A stretch of 32,000 bases of DNA from assembly GCA_030614005.1 (NCBI GenBank), contig JAUWKS010000026.1, positions 1 to 32,000 on the forward strand, written 5' to 3'. This document shows, one piece after another, positions 18,627 through 26,785 of the stretch. Positions within the stretch are counted from its first letter, which is position 1; each line of letters begins with the position of its first letter. Origin of the DNA: Candidatus Heimdallarchaeota archaeon (GTDB lineage: Archaea > Asgardarchaeota > Heimdallarchaeia > JABLTI01). Below the pieces are notes generated by a model that saw only the letters and a program-made list of their open reading frames with translations, had not been told where the DNA came from and made no database searches. Position numbers and translations under genes: made by a program.

Positions 18627-19490
18627 TTGGTTGAACGAGGAATCAAAGAAATAGAAAACCCAGAGGAATTGCTCCAGTTGGGACTAGTATCCGGTATTAG
18701 AAGCGGTAAATTTTCAAATGCAGTAGAATTTTTCGAAAGAGCAATATTATTACAACCTAGCAATTGTAGAGCCTGGTTCTTACTTGGTTTAGCTAATGAT
18801 TGTCAAGAAAATCACGATAAGGGTATTGATTGTTATTTAAGAGCAATTGAACTTAATCCCGATTATGCTGAAGCTTTGGTTAATTTAGGAACAAATTACA
18901 CAAAATTAGGGAAATTCGATATTGCCGTTTCATGTTTCAATGATGCATTAGATATAAAACCTGATTATTATGAAGCAATGATTAACTTAGGATTATGTTA
19001 TCTTGACAGAAGTGAACTGGAAAAAACAATAGACGTTTGCCAGAGAGCATTACTTTTCACTTCAACCTATCCTCTTGCATACATTACTATGGGAAGAGCC
19101 TATCTAGAGCTTAACCAGTACGATAAATCATTAGAATTTTTCCAGAAAGCAAACGAAATAGATTCAGTAAATCATGAAACATATAATTTTATTGGGTTAG
19201 TCTATATCAATATGAAAAATTTCAAAGAAGCTTTACACAATTTACTAAAGTCAATAAAATTAAATCCAGAATATTATGAGGCCTATAATAATTTAGGCGT
19301 AACACATGCTATGATGGGGAATCTCAAAAAAGCAATTATTTATTTCGAAAAAGCAGTTGGTATTCACCCTAATTATTATGAAGCTCTTCACAACTTAGCA
19401 TCTGCATTTGAAGAATCAGGTGATTTCGATAAAGCAAATGAATATGGAGAGAGAGCTTATGATTGTGAAGAAAATCAAATTGATTACTAA
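18627..19490 (+). CDS. Tetratricopeptide repeat protein (about 7-8 TPRs)
   Basis: 34-aa periodicity is visible in protein (PDYAEALVNLG, PDYYEAMINLG, PEYYEAYNNLG, PNYYEALHNLA) and in DNA (102-nt spacing 18861/18963 and 19269/19371). Confidence 0.93.
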   Translation: MVERGIKEIENPEELLQLGLVSGIRSGKFSNAVEFFERAILLQPSNCRAWFLLGLANDCQENHDKGIDCYLRAIELNPDYAEALVNLGTNYTKLGKFDIAVSCFNDALDIKPDYYEAMINLGLCYLDRSELEKTIDVCQRALLFTSTYPLAYITMGRAYLELNQYDKSLEFFQKANEIDSVNHETYNFIGLVYINMKNFKEALHNLLKSIKLNPEYYEAYNNLGVTHAMMGNLKKAIIYFEKAVGIHPNYYEALHNLASAFEESGDFDKANEYGERAYDCEENQIDY

Positions 19491-19556
19491 ATTTACTCTT
19501 AATTGTTATTTGCTTTAATTATTTTTCTTTGATTTTACTAGTATCTGAAAAAACAA

Positions 19557-19715
19557 TTATTTCCATTCATATAAGCAATCAGTGCATCTGTTAGTTTTAT
19601 GTTTTACAGCATTATTGATCCTTAAATCCATCCCGCTGCATGTTCTGCCAAGAGCTTGTTGGTTTGTTATTCTAGCTTCAATATTTTCGGATTGGCATTT
19701 TGGGCATTTCATCAT
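19557..19715 (-). CDS. Small zinc-ribbon protein (52 aa), absent from the ORF track
   Basis: Read by hand: MMKCPKCQSENIEARITNQQALGRTCSGMDLRINNAVKHKTNRCTDCLYEWK; CxxC...CxxC with terminal YEW. Confidence 0.7.
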   Translation of the reverse strand: MMKCPKCQSENIEARITNQQALGRTCSGMDLRINNAVKHKTNRCTDCLYEWK

Positions 19716-19836
19716 TATCTAATAAACAATTCAAATTAGTATTAAATTAATTTGTACAAATCTAAATTTTGTTTTAGTAGGTTTAAATAGAGAATTACAC
19801 CAATTAACATAAGATGAAATCAATGGAGATTTTTGA

Positions 19837-20016
19837 ATAACCACAGTATTTGGATGGATTGTCGTTTGTGGAATTGCATCATTAGTTGTTGTTGCAATAC
19901 TTGGCATCATTCAATATATAATCAAACAAACGAATCGCGAAGTTTTGACTGCAGATTATGCTTCAAATTTGGAAATAGCTGGTCAGCAATCTCACCGATT
20001 AAAAGATTCAAAATAA
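19837..20016 (+). CDS. Possible small single-TM protein (59 codons), start codon unclear
   Basis: Frame reads ITTVFGWIVVCGIASLVVVAILGIIQYIIKQTNREVLTADYASNLEIAGQQSHRLKDSK. It opens at ATA after a TGA, with GGAG upstream. Confidence 0.4.
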   Translation: MTTVFGWIVVCGIASLVVVAILGIIQYIIKQTNREVLTADYASNLEIAGQQSHRLKDSK

Positions 20017-20120
20017 ACTTCAAAGAAGAAAAGCTAAGAAAATTCTTTTCTAGCTTTTTCTAAGATTTTTAAAAATAATGCTTTAGAATGTTCTGATTGA
20101 AAAAGAAAAAAAGAGAAAAA

Positions 20121-20570
20121 TTAGAGGTTTATATATGGGTCACTGAGAATGACTATAAAGAAAATTGTACCATAAGTATGTAGAATAACCCCTATCGAGT
20201 TGAAAACTAATCCAATAATAGCTCTTTTTCTTCTTCCTTTTTTAACACTCATCGCTCCCAGGATAACTCCAACCACAACGAAAAATAAGAAAACACTATT
20301 GAATATTATCCAACCAAGCAAACCTCCAAACCAAGGGTGGAATGAATCAAAGAATATCACAAACCAGGAAAAAAGACCAATCTCAAAACAACCGATTACC
20401 AAAGATATAGTTGAAAGAAGAGGGTAATGAGTATCGAGTTGGTTTACTCGAGGAGTGGTTTCACCACAAGAGGGACAAGTAGTACTCTCTTGATCAACAT
20501 TCTCACCACAATTAATACATTTTCTTTTCATATAATCACCTATTTCTTCTAAATAGTTCTTTTTTTTCAT
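20121..20570 (-). CDS. Zinc-ribbon membrane protein
   Basis: CINCGENVDQESTTCPSCG followed by three hydrophobic segments. Confidence 0.75.
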   Translation of the reverse strand: MKKKNYLEEIGDYMKRKCINCGENVDQESTTCPSCGETTPRVNQLDTHYPLLSTISLVIGCFEIGLFSWFVIFFDSFHPWFGGLLGWIIFNSVFLFFVVVGVILGAMSVKKGRRKRAIIGLVFNSIGVILHTYGTIFFIVILSDPYINL

Positions 20571-20583
20571 TATTAATTTATTG

Positions 20584-20832
20584 TTATTTTACCATTGAAG
20601 TAAAAAAATCAAGGTCCCAAAATGAAAACGGAGGTACTATTTTCTCATATATTTTTGCTCTTAATTCTTCTTCTTTTTCAAATCTCAATAATTCTTTAAT
20701 TATTGGTACAAATCCTTCACACTCTTCCAAATCATCAATATCATCATCTGACAAGAACTTAATTATCTCTTTTCTTTTTTCAGAGTTTTTTGATAAATCA
20801 AAGGTTTTTATTTCATCAACATATCCTTCCAT
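20584..20832 (-). CDS. Hypothetical protein (82 aa)
   Basis: GGTGGG RBS-like element upstream; normal charged composition; 13 nt upstream of the co-oriented zinc-ribbon gene. Confidence 0.6.
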   Translation of the reverse strand: MEGYVDEIKTFDLSKNSEKRKEIIKFLSDDDIDDLEECEGFVPIIKELLRFEKEEELRAKIYEKIVPPFSFWDLDFFTSMVK

Positions 20833-20991
20833 TTAAAACCCACCAATTTTTTCAGATATTTGTATTTGGTTCTTTAATATAATTCTATTGTTATCATCAT
20901 ATACATCATTAATATATAAGAGTCATAAAGAAAATGAGTAAGCTTTTTTTAGATAAAGTACTTAACTAAAGTATAAACGGAGAAATATGAA

Positions 20992-21735
20992 TTGACAAAG
21001 CATATCGGCCATATTTTTATGGAAATGACAAAATACAAACATCTCTCTGAATCTGATCAGAGAAAACGGGTATCTCATCCACCCGTTGAACTTGACTATG
21101 ATAAATCAAAAAAACCTATTGATTTACCAAAACCAGAAAAACTTAACATCCCAGAAATTGATTTGAAAAAAGCAATTGAAGAGAGAAAAAGTGTTAGAAA
21201 GTATGCAGATAAACCTCTAACTTTGGAAGAATTATCTTGGCTCCTCTGGGCTACTCAAGGAGTTAAAAAAACTAACCCACCTTACACATTAAGAACTGTT
21301 CCTTCAGCAGGTGCAAGACATGCTTTTGAAACATTGGTTCTTGTTAACAATGTTGAAGGATTAAAACCTGGATTGTACAGATACTTGGCTCTCGAACACA
21401 AATTACTAGAATATATTATGGATGAAGGTATTAGAGAAAAATTAGTTGAAGCATCTTATGGTCAAAAAATGGTAATGGAAGGGAATGCTACATTCATTTG
21501 GGTTGCAGTTCCATATCGTATTGAATGGAGATATAGCGAAAGAAGTTATCGATATTTACACTTAGATGTAGGGCATGTTTGTCAGAATCTCTATTTAGCA
21601 GCAGAAAGTATTGATTCGGGTGTATGTGCAATAGCTGCATTTTATGACGACAAGATCAATGAAGCCGTTGATTTAGATGGTGAAACTCTATTCGTAATCT
21701 ATCTCGCATCATTGGGTAAAAAAATAAGTGAATAA
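20992..21735 (+). CDS. SagB/ThcOx-family nitroreductase-like dehydrogenase
   Basis: IEERKSVRKY, LSWLLWATQG, RTVPSAGARHAFE and LDVGHVCQNLYLAAE motifs. Confidence 0.92.
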   Translation: MTKHIGHIFMEMTKYKHLSESDQRKRVSHPPVELDYDKSKKPIDLPKPEKLNIPEIDLKKAIEERKSVRKYADKPLTLEELSWLLWATQGVKKTNPPYTLRTVPSAGARHAFETLVLVNNVEGLKPGLYRYLALEHKLLEYIMDEGIREKLVEASYGQKMVMEGNATFIWVAVPYRIEWRYSERSYRYLHLDVGHVCQNLYLAAESIDSGVCAIAAFYDDKINEAVDLDGETLFVIYLASLGKKISE

Positions 21736-21758
21736 TTGGAACTAATTTATAGTTCCAA
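21736..21758. terminator. Perfect 9-bp stem / 5-nt loop hairpin between convergent genes
   Basis: TTGGAACTA-ATTTA-TAGTTCCAA fills the gap between the stops at 21735 and 21762. Confidence 0.6.
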
Positions 21759-21761
21759 ATT

Positions 21762-21944
21762 TTATTTCTTTTCAAATTCCAAAAAGAAGGTTTGACCTTG
21801 TTGTTCTTTTAGTAAGCCTATAACACCTTCTCCACCGGCACAGATATCTAATATCCAACCTTCTGCTTCGAAGTCTTTCACTTTCACTACTTGCTGTTCC
21901 AGAACATGGAACTTTTCTAAATCTGGTCCTTCGCTCATTTTCAT
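21762..21944 (-). pseudogene. Truncated class I SAM-dependent methyltransferase (N-terminal fragment)
   Basis: 60 aa containing only motif I (WILDICAGGEGVIG), then an abrupt end with no room for the rest of the Rossmann fold. Confidence 0.6.
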
Positions 21945-21951
21945 TCATCCT

Positions 21952-22527
21952 TTATGGTAATTTTTTAAACATAAATACTGAATTATTGACTTGTACATTA
22001 ATTGAAGAATTGGAATCATGTTTTGGCAAAACTATAATTGGATTTTCTATTTCGAGAGAAGTGATTTCATAATTGCGTTCAAAGTTTTCACTTTTATATA
22101 GATTGATTGCCTTAACATTGTTAGAATGAACTTTCAAATAGACTTGCTTCAAGTTATATTTGTGAGCTTGCTCTACCGCGTGGTTGAATAATTTTCTAGC
22201 AAATCCTTGTCTACGATATTCGGGGTGGGTCATTACGTTGCTAATTGTGCCTTGTGTTCTGTTTATTGTAAGTGATGATGCACTCACAATTTTATCCTCA
22301 ACCTTGATGAGATAGGTATTCATTCTATTTCCAAAAAATCTCATTCGTATTTTATAGCTTGGTTTGATGAGTTTTCTTAAAGTACACCTTACTTGATGAT
22401 AATCTATACTTTGCGATTCAATACAATGAATAAAGCAAAGCTCCATTAATTCAAGAAATTCGTTTATATCTCCCTTTTTTAACTGAGTAATTTCTTGTTT
22501 TGGATGGCGTTTAATGATATACTTCAT
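21952..22527 (-). CDS. GNAT-family N-acetyltransferase
   Basis: ISNVMTHPEYRRQGFARKL acetyl-CoA motif and NVKAINLYKSENF. Confidence 0.9.
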   Translation of the reverse strand: MKYIIKRHPKQEITQLKKGDINEFLELMELCFIHCIESQSIDYHQVRCTLRKLIKPSYKIRMRFFGNRMNTYLIKVEDKIVSASSLTINRTQGTISNVMTHPEYRRQGFARKLFNHAVEQAHKYNLKQVYLKVHSNNVKAINLYKSENFERNYEITSLEIENPIIVLPKHDSNSSINVQVNNSVFMFKKLP

Positions 22528-22707
22528 ACTTTCTCAAGTAAGATTATGTACTGGGCAGTTTTAATGAAGTTACTGGGTAGAAGTGGTCAGTGAAAGAATT
22601 TTAATTCCATTTCTAGGTTGTAGATAATTTTTTTATATTTTTGTTTGCATTAAATTAATTGCTCAATCAATAATTATATTGGGTATCTTAAAACCTGGGG
22701 AATATTC

Positions 22708-23898
22708 ATGAAAGGTAAAATCAGTAAACTCGTGGATTCAAATAAAAGAGAAATAGTTTGTTTATTACAAAAATTAATACAGATTCCATCAACAACAGGA
22801 AATGAAGGTGAAATAATAAAATTTCTCGAAAAAGAAATGAAAATAATTGGTTTTAAAGAAGTAACTGTTGATAAAATGGGAAATCTAATTGGCAGGATTG
22901 GGAATGGTCCTCGAATTCTTGCAATAGATGGGCATGTAGATACTGTAGAGATAGGCAAACAGAGCTATTGGAAATTTGATCCTCTTGGCGGAACGGAGTA
23001 TAATGATAACATCTATGGTCGAGGAGCTTGTGATCAAAAAGGTGGAATTGCTTCAGCATTAATGGCAGTGAAAATTCTCAAGGAAATAGGTATACCAGAT
23101 GAATTAACGATTTATTTTGTGGCTAGCGTTCATGAAGAACCTTATGAAGGAGCAAATTGGCAATTTATACTCGAAAATTCCGAAATGCATCCTCATGCAG
23201 TACTCTTAACTGAGCCTTCTAATTTAATGATAAGTATTGGACAACGGGGAAGAGTTGAATTCAAAATAAAAGTCAAAGGACTCTCGAGTCATGGTGCAGA
23301 ACCAGATGCTGGAATAAATGCCATTTACAAGATGAACCCTATAATAACTGAACTTGAAAAATTTCACGAAAATATGGCAATAGATCCCATATTTGGAAAA
23401 GGGACATTGACAATAACTGAAATAAAATCAACTTCTGTGTCTCTAAATGCAGTAGCTGATAGCTGTACAATACATATAGATAGACGACTGGGTTCAGAAG
23501 AAACTCTAGACAAAGTCATTAATGAGATTAAAAATCTGAAAAGTGTAATAGATGCAGAAGCTGATGTGTTTGTACCAGAGTACGCTGTGAAATCGTACAA
23601 AAATCATTCATTTGAAGTGATCAGTTTTTATCCATCATGGATACAGGACAAATCACATGAATTAGTACAGAGTGCAAAAAGCGCTTTTGAGTACCAATTT
23701 GGGGATCCACCACAAATTGGTACATGGCGTTTTTCAACAAATGGTGTTGCAACAAAAGGAAGGAACAATATCCCAACAATAGGTTTTGGACCCGGAGAGG
23801 AGAGATTTGCACATACCTATGAAGAACATGTGCCAATAGAACATTTATTGAAAGCATGTGAATTCTATACTGCATTTATGCTAGAGTATGCAAAATAA
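22708..23898 (+). CDS. M20/ArgE-DapE metallohydrolase, YgeY type
   Basis: DGHVDTV, GRGACDQKGG, VHEE, GLSSHGAEP, STNGV and GFGPGEERFAH motifs. Confidence 0.9.
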   Translation: MKGKISKLVDSNKREIVCLLQKLIQIPSTTGNEGEIIKFLEKEMKIIGFKEVTVDKMGNLIGRIGNGPRILAIDGHVDTVEIGKQSYWKFDPLGGTEYNDNIYGRGACDQKGGIASALMAVKILKEIGIPDELTIYFVASVHEEPYEGANWQFILENSEMHPHAVLLTEPSNLMISIGQRGRVEFKIKVKGLSSHGAEPDAGINAIYKMNPIITELEKFHENMAIDPIFGKGTLTITEIKSTSVSLNAVADSCTIHIDRRLGSEETLDKVINEIKNLKSVIDAEADVFVPEYAVKSYKNHSFEVISFYPSWIQDKSHELVQSAKSAFEYQFGDPPQIGTWRFSTNGVATKGRNNIPTIGFGPGEERFAHTYEEHVPIEHLLKACEFYTAFMLEYAK

Positions 23899-23995
23899 AA
23901 AAAGAAAATTCTCTAAACTTTCTTCTTGAAGAATTAATATTAGAGTACAAATTACTATTTTCTCTAGAAAAAAAATGTTTTTTATTTTTGTCGAT

Positions 23996-24011
23996 AAAAT
24001 AAACTTTATAT
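23996..24011 (+). promoter_or_regulatory. Candidate archaeal BRE/TATA promoter for the longin-GTPase-7TM operon
   Basis: A-rich run followed by TTTATAT (24005-24011), about 40 nt upstream of ATG 24051. AT-rich background limits specificity. Confidence 0.35.
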
Positions 24012-24050
24012 TTCAATATTCGAGATAGTATTTCGGATTATATACAAAAG

Positions 24051-24560
24051 ATGGTGGTCATAATTATTAAACCGTTGAGTTTATGTTTAGTTCAAATGGG
24101 TAAAAAAGGATTAGAACTTGTTAAAACACATCCCAAAGTTTTACCAGATGAAGTTCTAAGTGAGATTACTTACAAAAGCATGCCAATGGGTGCAAAATCT
24201 GGCGATTTTTCATCAGCAGGTATTGGTAGTTTTTATTATTCCAGTTATGTTTTCAAACTTCCTCAAGATGAAGGGAGAGATAACATAGGAACAATAGTTG
24301 CTATTTTTCCTAACATGGATTATGATATAGATGGAATAAGGAAACTCTTCACAGTGATTGTAAAAGAGCTTGAAGGAAAAGCTTTTCTTAGAATGGAGAT
24401 TATGAAAGAAATACTACCAAACCTCTATGATGGTTTTAGTAAAGGTAGAATTAACATTAAAATTAGTTCCTCAACCTCAATCTCTATTGATTTTTCTGAT
24501 GAAAATGAAGAAAAGGTTGTTGATGAGTCAAAGGCTTTTTCAGATGATTTATGGAAATAA
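24051..24560 (+). CDS. Longin/uDENN-like fold protein
   Basis: Pattern read as b-b-a-b-b-b-a-a: SLCLVQM / GLELVKTHP / DEVLSEITYKSMP / DFSSAG / YYSSYVF / IGTIVAIF / IDGIRKLFTVIVKEL / EIMKEILPNLYDGF. G-x-E-L...P...I-x-Y-x-S-x-P resembles uDENN. Confidence 0.6.
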   Translation: MVVIIIKPLSLCLVQMGKKGLELVKTHPKVLPDEVLSEITYKSMPMGAKSGDFSSAGIGSFYYSSYVFKLPQDEGRDNIGTIVAIFPNMDYDIDGIRKLFTVIVKELEGKAFLRMEIMKEILPNLYDGFSKGRINIKISSSTSISIDFSDENEEKVVDESKAFSDDLWK

Positions 24561-24579
24561 CTAGGTGGAAAACTACAAC

Positions 24580-25116
24580 ATGTCATTCTTACTTAATCTT
24601 TTTAGAAGCAAGAACAGAGAAGTAGACGTCACAATCTGCGGTTTAGACAATGCAGGGAAAACTACTATTGTCAAGTACCTGGAAACAGGGGAATTCGTTG
24701 AAACACAACCAACAATGGGCATAAATAGAGGCGAATCTATACACTCAGGAAAAATAGAGATAAATGTTTTCGATTTAGGTGGACAGGAGGATTTCAGGCA
24801 GCTTTGGTCAGAAGTAAACGAAAAATCTGATGGTATTGTCTATGTAGTGGATAAGACCGATGTTATGCGTTTTGAAGAATCATACAACGTCTTTCATAAT
24901 GTGCTTAAAAGCCAACTCCATAAGGATATAAAAATACTTGTTCTTTTACACAAAAGTGACGAACCTGAAGGTTTAGAGAGAAATAGATTCATAAAAGAAT
25001 TTGGTTTGCTTGAAATGCCCTTTCAATGGGCTTGTTATGAAACATCTGCAAAAACAGGCGAAAACATCTATGAAGCTTTCAAATGGTTTGTAGAGTCACT
25101 AAAGGAGGTCAGCTGA
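24580..25116 (+). CDS. Arf/Sar-like small GTPase
   Basis: G1 GLDNAGKTT, G2 PTMG, G3 DLGGQEDFRQLW, G4 HKSD, G5 TSAKTG; N-terminal amphipathic MSFLLNLF. ATG 24580 has an AGGTGG RBS (the track starts at GTG 24565). Confidence 0.93.
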   Translation: MSFLLNLFRSKNREVDVTICGLDNAGKTTIVKYLETGEFVETQPTMGINRGESIHSGKIEINVFDLGGQEDFRQLWSEVNEKSDGIVYVVDKTDVMRFEESYNVFHNVLKSQLHKDIKILVLLHKSDEPEGLERNRFIKEFGLLEMPFQWACYETSAKTGENIYEAFKWFVESLKEVS

Positions 25117-25117
25117 C

Positions 25118-25933
25118 TTGGTTTTAGAAACTGTTTCGTTGTTTTATGTTGTTGTTTCTTGGTTACTAACTGGAGTTATTTTCACCTTAGTTATTGCCCT
25201 TCTTACTAATTTCCTGAAAAAGAAAACAACAGGAACGCTTCTGCTTGCTATCATCTATATTATCTTTTTTATCTCTAGACTCTCCATAACCATGAGTTAT
25301 CAATTACAACTATTGGGATTAAAAGAAAGTAAAGTTACTTTAATTATTCTTGCAATAGCAACTACAACTGCATTAGCTGCTGTTACTTTTCTGTATATCT
25401 TCTCTTGCAGGCACCTCTTGAAGGATGGCGAAGTACTTAAATTAGTAACGTTTTTCCTTTTAGCAGCGTATTGGGCAGCTCTTCTTACAATATCTGTATC
25501 TGATGTTTTGCTTCCTGTAGATGAACGTTGGGCAATTCGTATTACTGATTTTACACTCGATCTTCAGAACATTTCATTTGTATCTGTTTTAATTGTTTTT
25601 CAAGTAGTTATTCAGTCAATAATCTTTTTGAGAATTATTATTCGTGCATTCATCATAGCCAAACGAACAGATGAGATAACAAGAAAAAGAGGATTGCAAA
25701 TGATTGGATGGGGGTTATTAGTGTACTTTATAGGCGGTTTGATAGGTGGTATCTTTTACGCTTTACAGGTAGAAAGTGGTGCCTTAGCCTTCACTCTATG
25801 GGCATTTAGAAGTTTAATATTATTAACAGCATATATTATGATGTATATTGGATGGCTTCTCCCAGATTGGTTCCGTAAAAGAGTTAGAAAGAAAACTTGG
25901 TTTGAACAAAAGTTAATTGTTGATTCAAGTTAA
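25118..25933 (+). CDS. Seven-transmembrane protein (non-rhodopsin)
   Basis: Hydrophobic segments at about aa 7-33, 39-61, 74-96, 107-128, 152-180, 193-216 and 222-247, then PDWFRKRVRKK. GGAGGT RBS lies inside the GTPase 3' end. Confidence 0.8.
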   Translation: MVLETVSLFYVVVSWLLTGVIFTLVIALLTNFLKKKTTGTLLLAIIYIIFFISRLSITMSYQLQLLGLKESKVTLIILAIATTTALAAVTFLYIFSCRHLLKDGEVLKLVTFFLLAAYWAALLTISVSDVLLPVDERWAIRITDFTLDLQNISFVSVLIVFQVVIQSIIFLRIIIRAFIIAKRTDEITRKRGLQMIGWGLLVYFIGGLIGGIFYALQVESGALAFTLWAFRSLILLTAYIMMYIGWLLPDWFRKRVRKKTWFEQKLIVDSS

Positions 25934-25968
25934 TTTGAGGAGTATTTGCTCCTCCAAATAATTTTTTT
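25933..25968 (+). terminator. Hairpin + T tract ending the longin-GTPase-7TM operon
   Basis: GAGGAG-TATTTG-CTCCTC (25937-25954), flanked by TTT/AAA and followed by T7 at 25962-25968. Confidence 0.6.
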
Positions 25969-26182
25969 AAATGTGCTAATTTGTGCTCAATCTTTGGTAG
26001 CTATTGTAAAACTACTTGACATAGTAGATTTATCAATCTCTTTTTGTGGAATTTCTGTAATCTACTTTCTATCATTTATTTATACTTTATTGTTTCTTCT
26101 TGGAAGAATTTTTTTTGCCGTTTGTGCAAGAAGGGTCTATAAGACCAAATATCTTTGTAAATAGTATAATAGAAAAATATGA

Positions 26183-26785
26183 GTGAAACAAAAATTGGTA
26201 AATACCCTCAAAAAAGATCAATTAAAAATTCTGATTAATTTAAGAGAGGTATTAAGACAAGAGATACCGCTCGAGATAGATTTCCCTACTGATAAGAAAG
26301 TGTACTTTGTTGAAAGTGAAGGTTTTATCGTTACATTAACACTAAACGATTTAAATTTAAAATCCCTTCCTGAAGAGCTAGCTGAACTAAAAGAAATCGT
26401 TGTCCTAAATTTAGCAAATAATAATTTTAAGAGAGTACCAGAGGTGATTCAAAAAATAACTAAATTATCAATTTTGGATATGGCTTTTAATCAATTGAAT
26501 GAAATTCCTAAATGGTTAGGAGAACTGGGAAATCTAAGAGAGCTCCGATTAAACAACAATCAGTTATATTCCCTTCCAAGTTCAATTGGAGGTTTAACCA
26601 TTCTGAGGCGCCTTTGTCTGCAATCCAATAGTATTCACTCTCTACCTTTTGAAATTTTGGAATTACAACTTTTAGAAGAAATTCATCTGGATTTTAGGTC
26701 AACTATTAGAAAGTCAATGAAGATGATTCTTAGCAACTTAGAAAGTAATGGTTGTGTAATTAGAAATAATTATAATAGACGGTAA
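26183..26785 (+). CDS. Leucine-rich repeat protein
   Basis: About 5 repeats of 23 aa with LxxLxLxxNxLxxLP consensus (LNLANNNFKRVP, LDMAFNQLNEIP, LRLNNNQLYSLP, LCLQSNSIHSLP). Confidence 0.9.
   Translation: MKQKLVNTLKKDQLKILINLREVLRQEIPLEIDFPTDKKVYFVESEGFIVTLTLNDLNLKSLPEELAELKEIVVLNLANNNFKRVPEVIQKITKLSILDMAFNQLNEIPKWLGELGNLRELRLNNNQLYSLPSSIGGLTILRRLCLQSNSIHSLPFEILELQLLEEIHLDFRSTIRKSMKMILSNLESNGCVIRNNYNRR

Noticed and set aside
18861-19385. Direct DNA repeats (GATTATTATGAAGC-like) as mobile-element or array signal
   Set aside because: The 102-nt period is fully explained by TPR coding repeats.
19557-21735. RiPP (azole) cluster built from the SagB-type dehydrogenase and nearby small Cys-containing ORFs
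   Set aside because: No YcaO/cyclodehydratase in the window, the small ORF has a zinc-ribbon pattern, and stand-alone SagB-like genes are common in archaea.
4826-23898. Functional link between the YgeA-like racemase and the YgeY-like hydrolase
   Set aside because: About 17 kb apart, with none of the other yge/selenium-molybdenum cluster genes present.
24520-24560. C-terminal acidic-Trp tail (FSDDLWK) of the longin protein as a VCA-like Arp2/3-binding motif
   Set aside because: Too short and low-complexity to support, with no WH2/central region; the actin-related gene is over 10 kb away.
844-25116. A complete TORC1-like amino-acid-sensing pathway (GATOR2-like RING + longin + HKxD GTPase)
   Set aside because: The components are about 23 kb apart with unrelated genes between them; the resemblance is motif-level only.
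25118-25933. 7TM protein as a rhodopsin (heliorhodopsin/schizorhodopsin)
   Set aside because: No lysine in TM7 for a retinal Schiff base and no rhodopsin TM3 motifs.
25946-26164. 72-aa tracked ORF after the 7TM gene
   Set aside because: It starts inside the terminator hairpin, has no RBS or recognisable motif, and its hydrophobicity reflects T-rich DNA.
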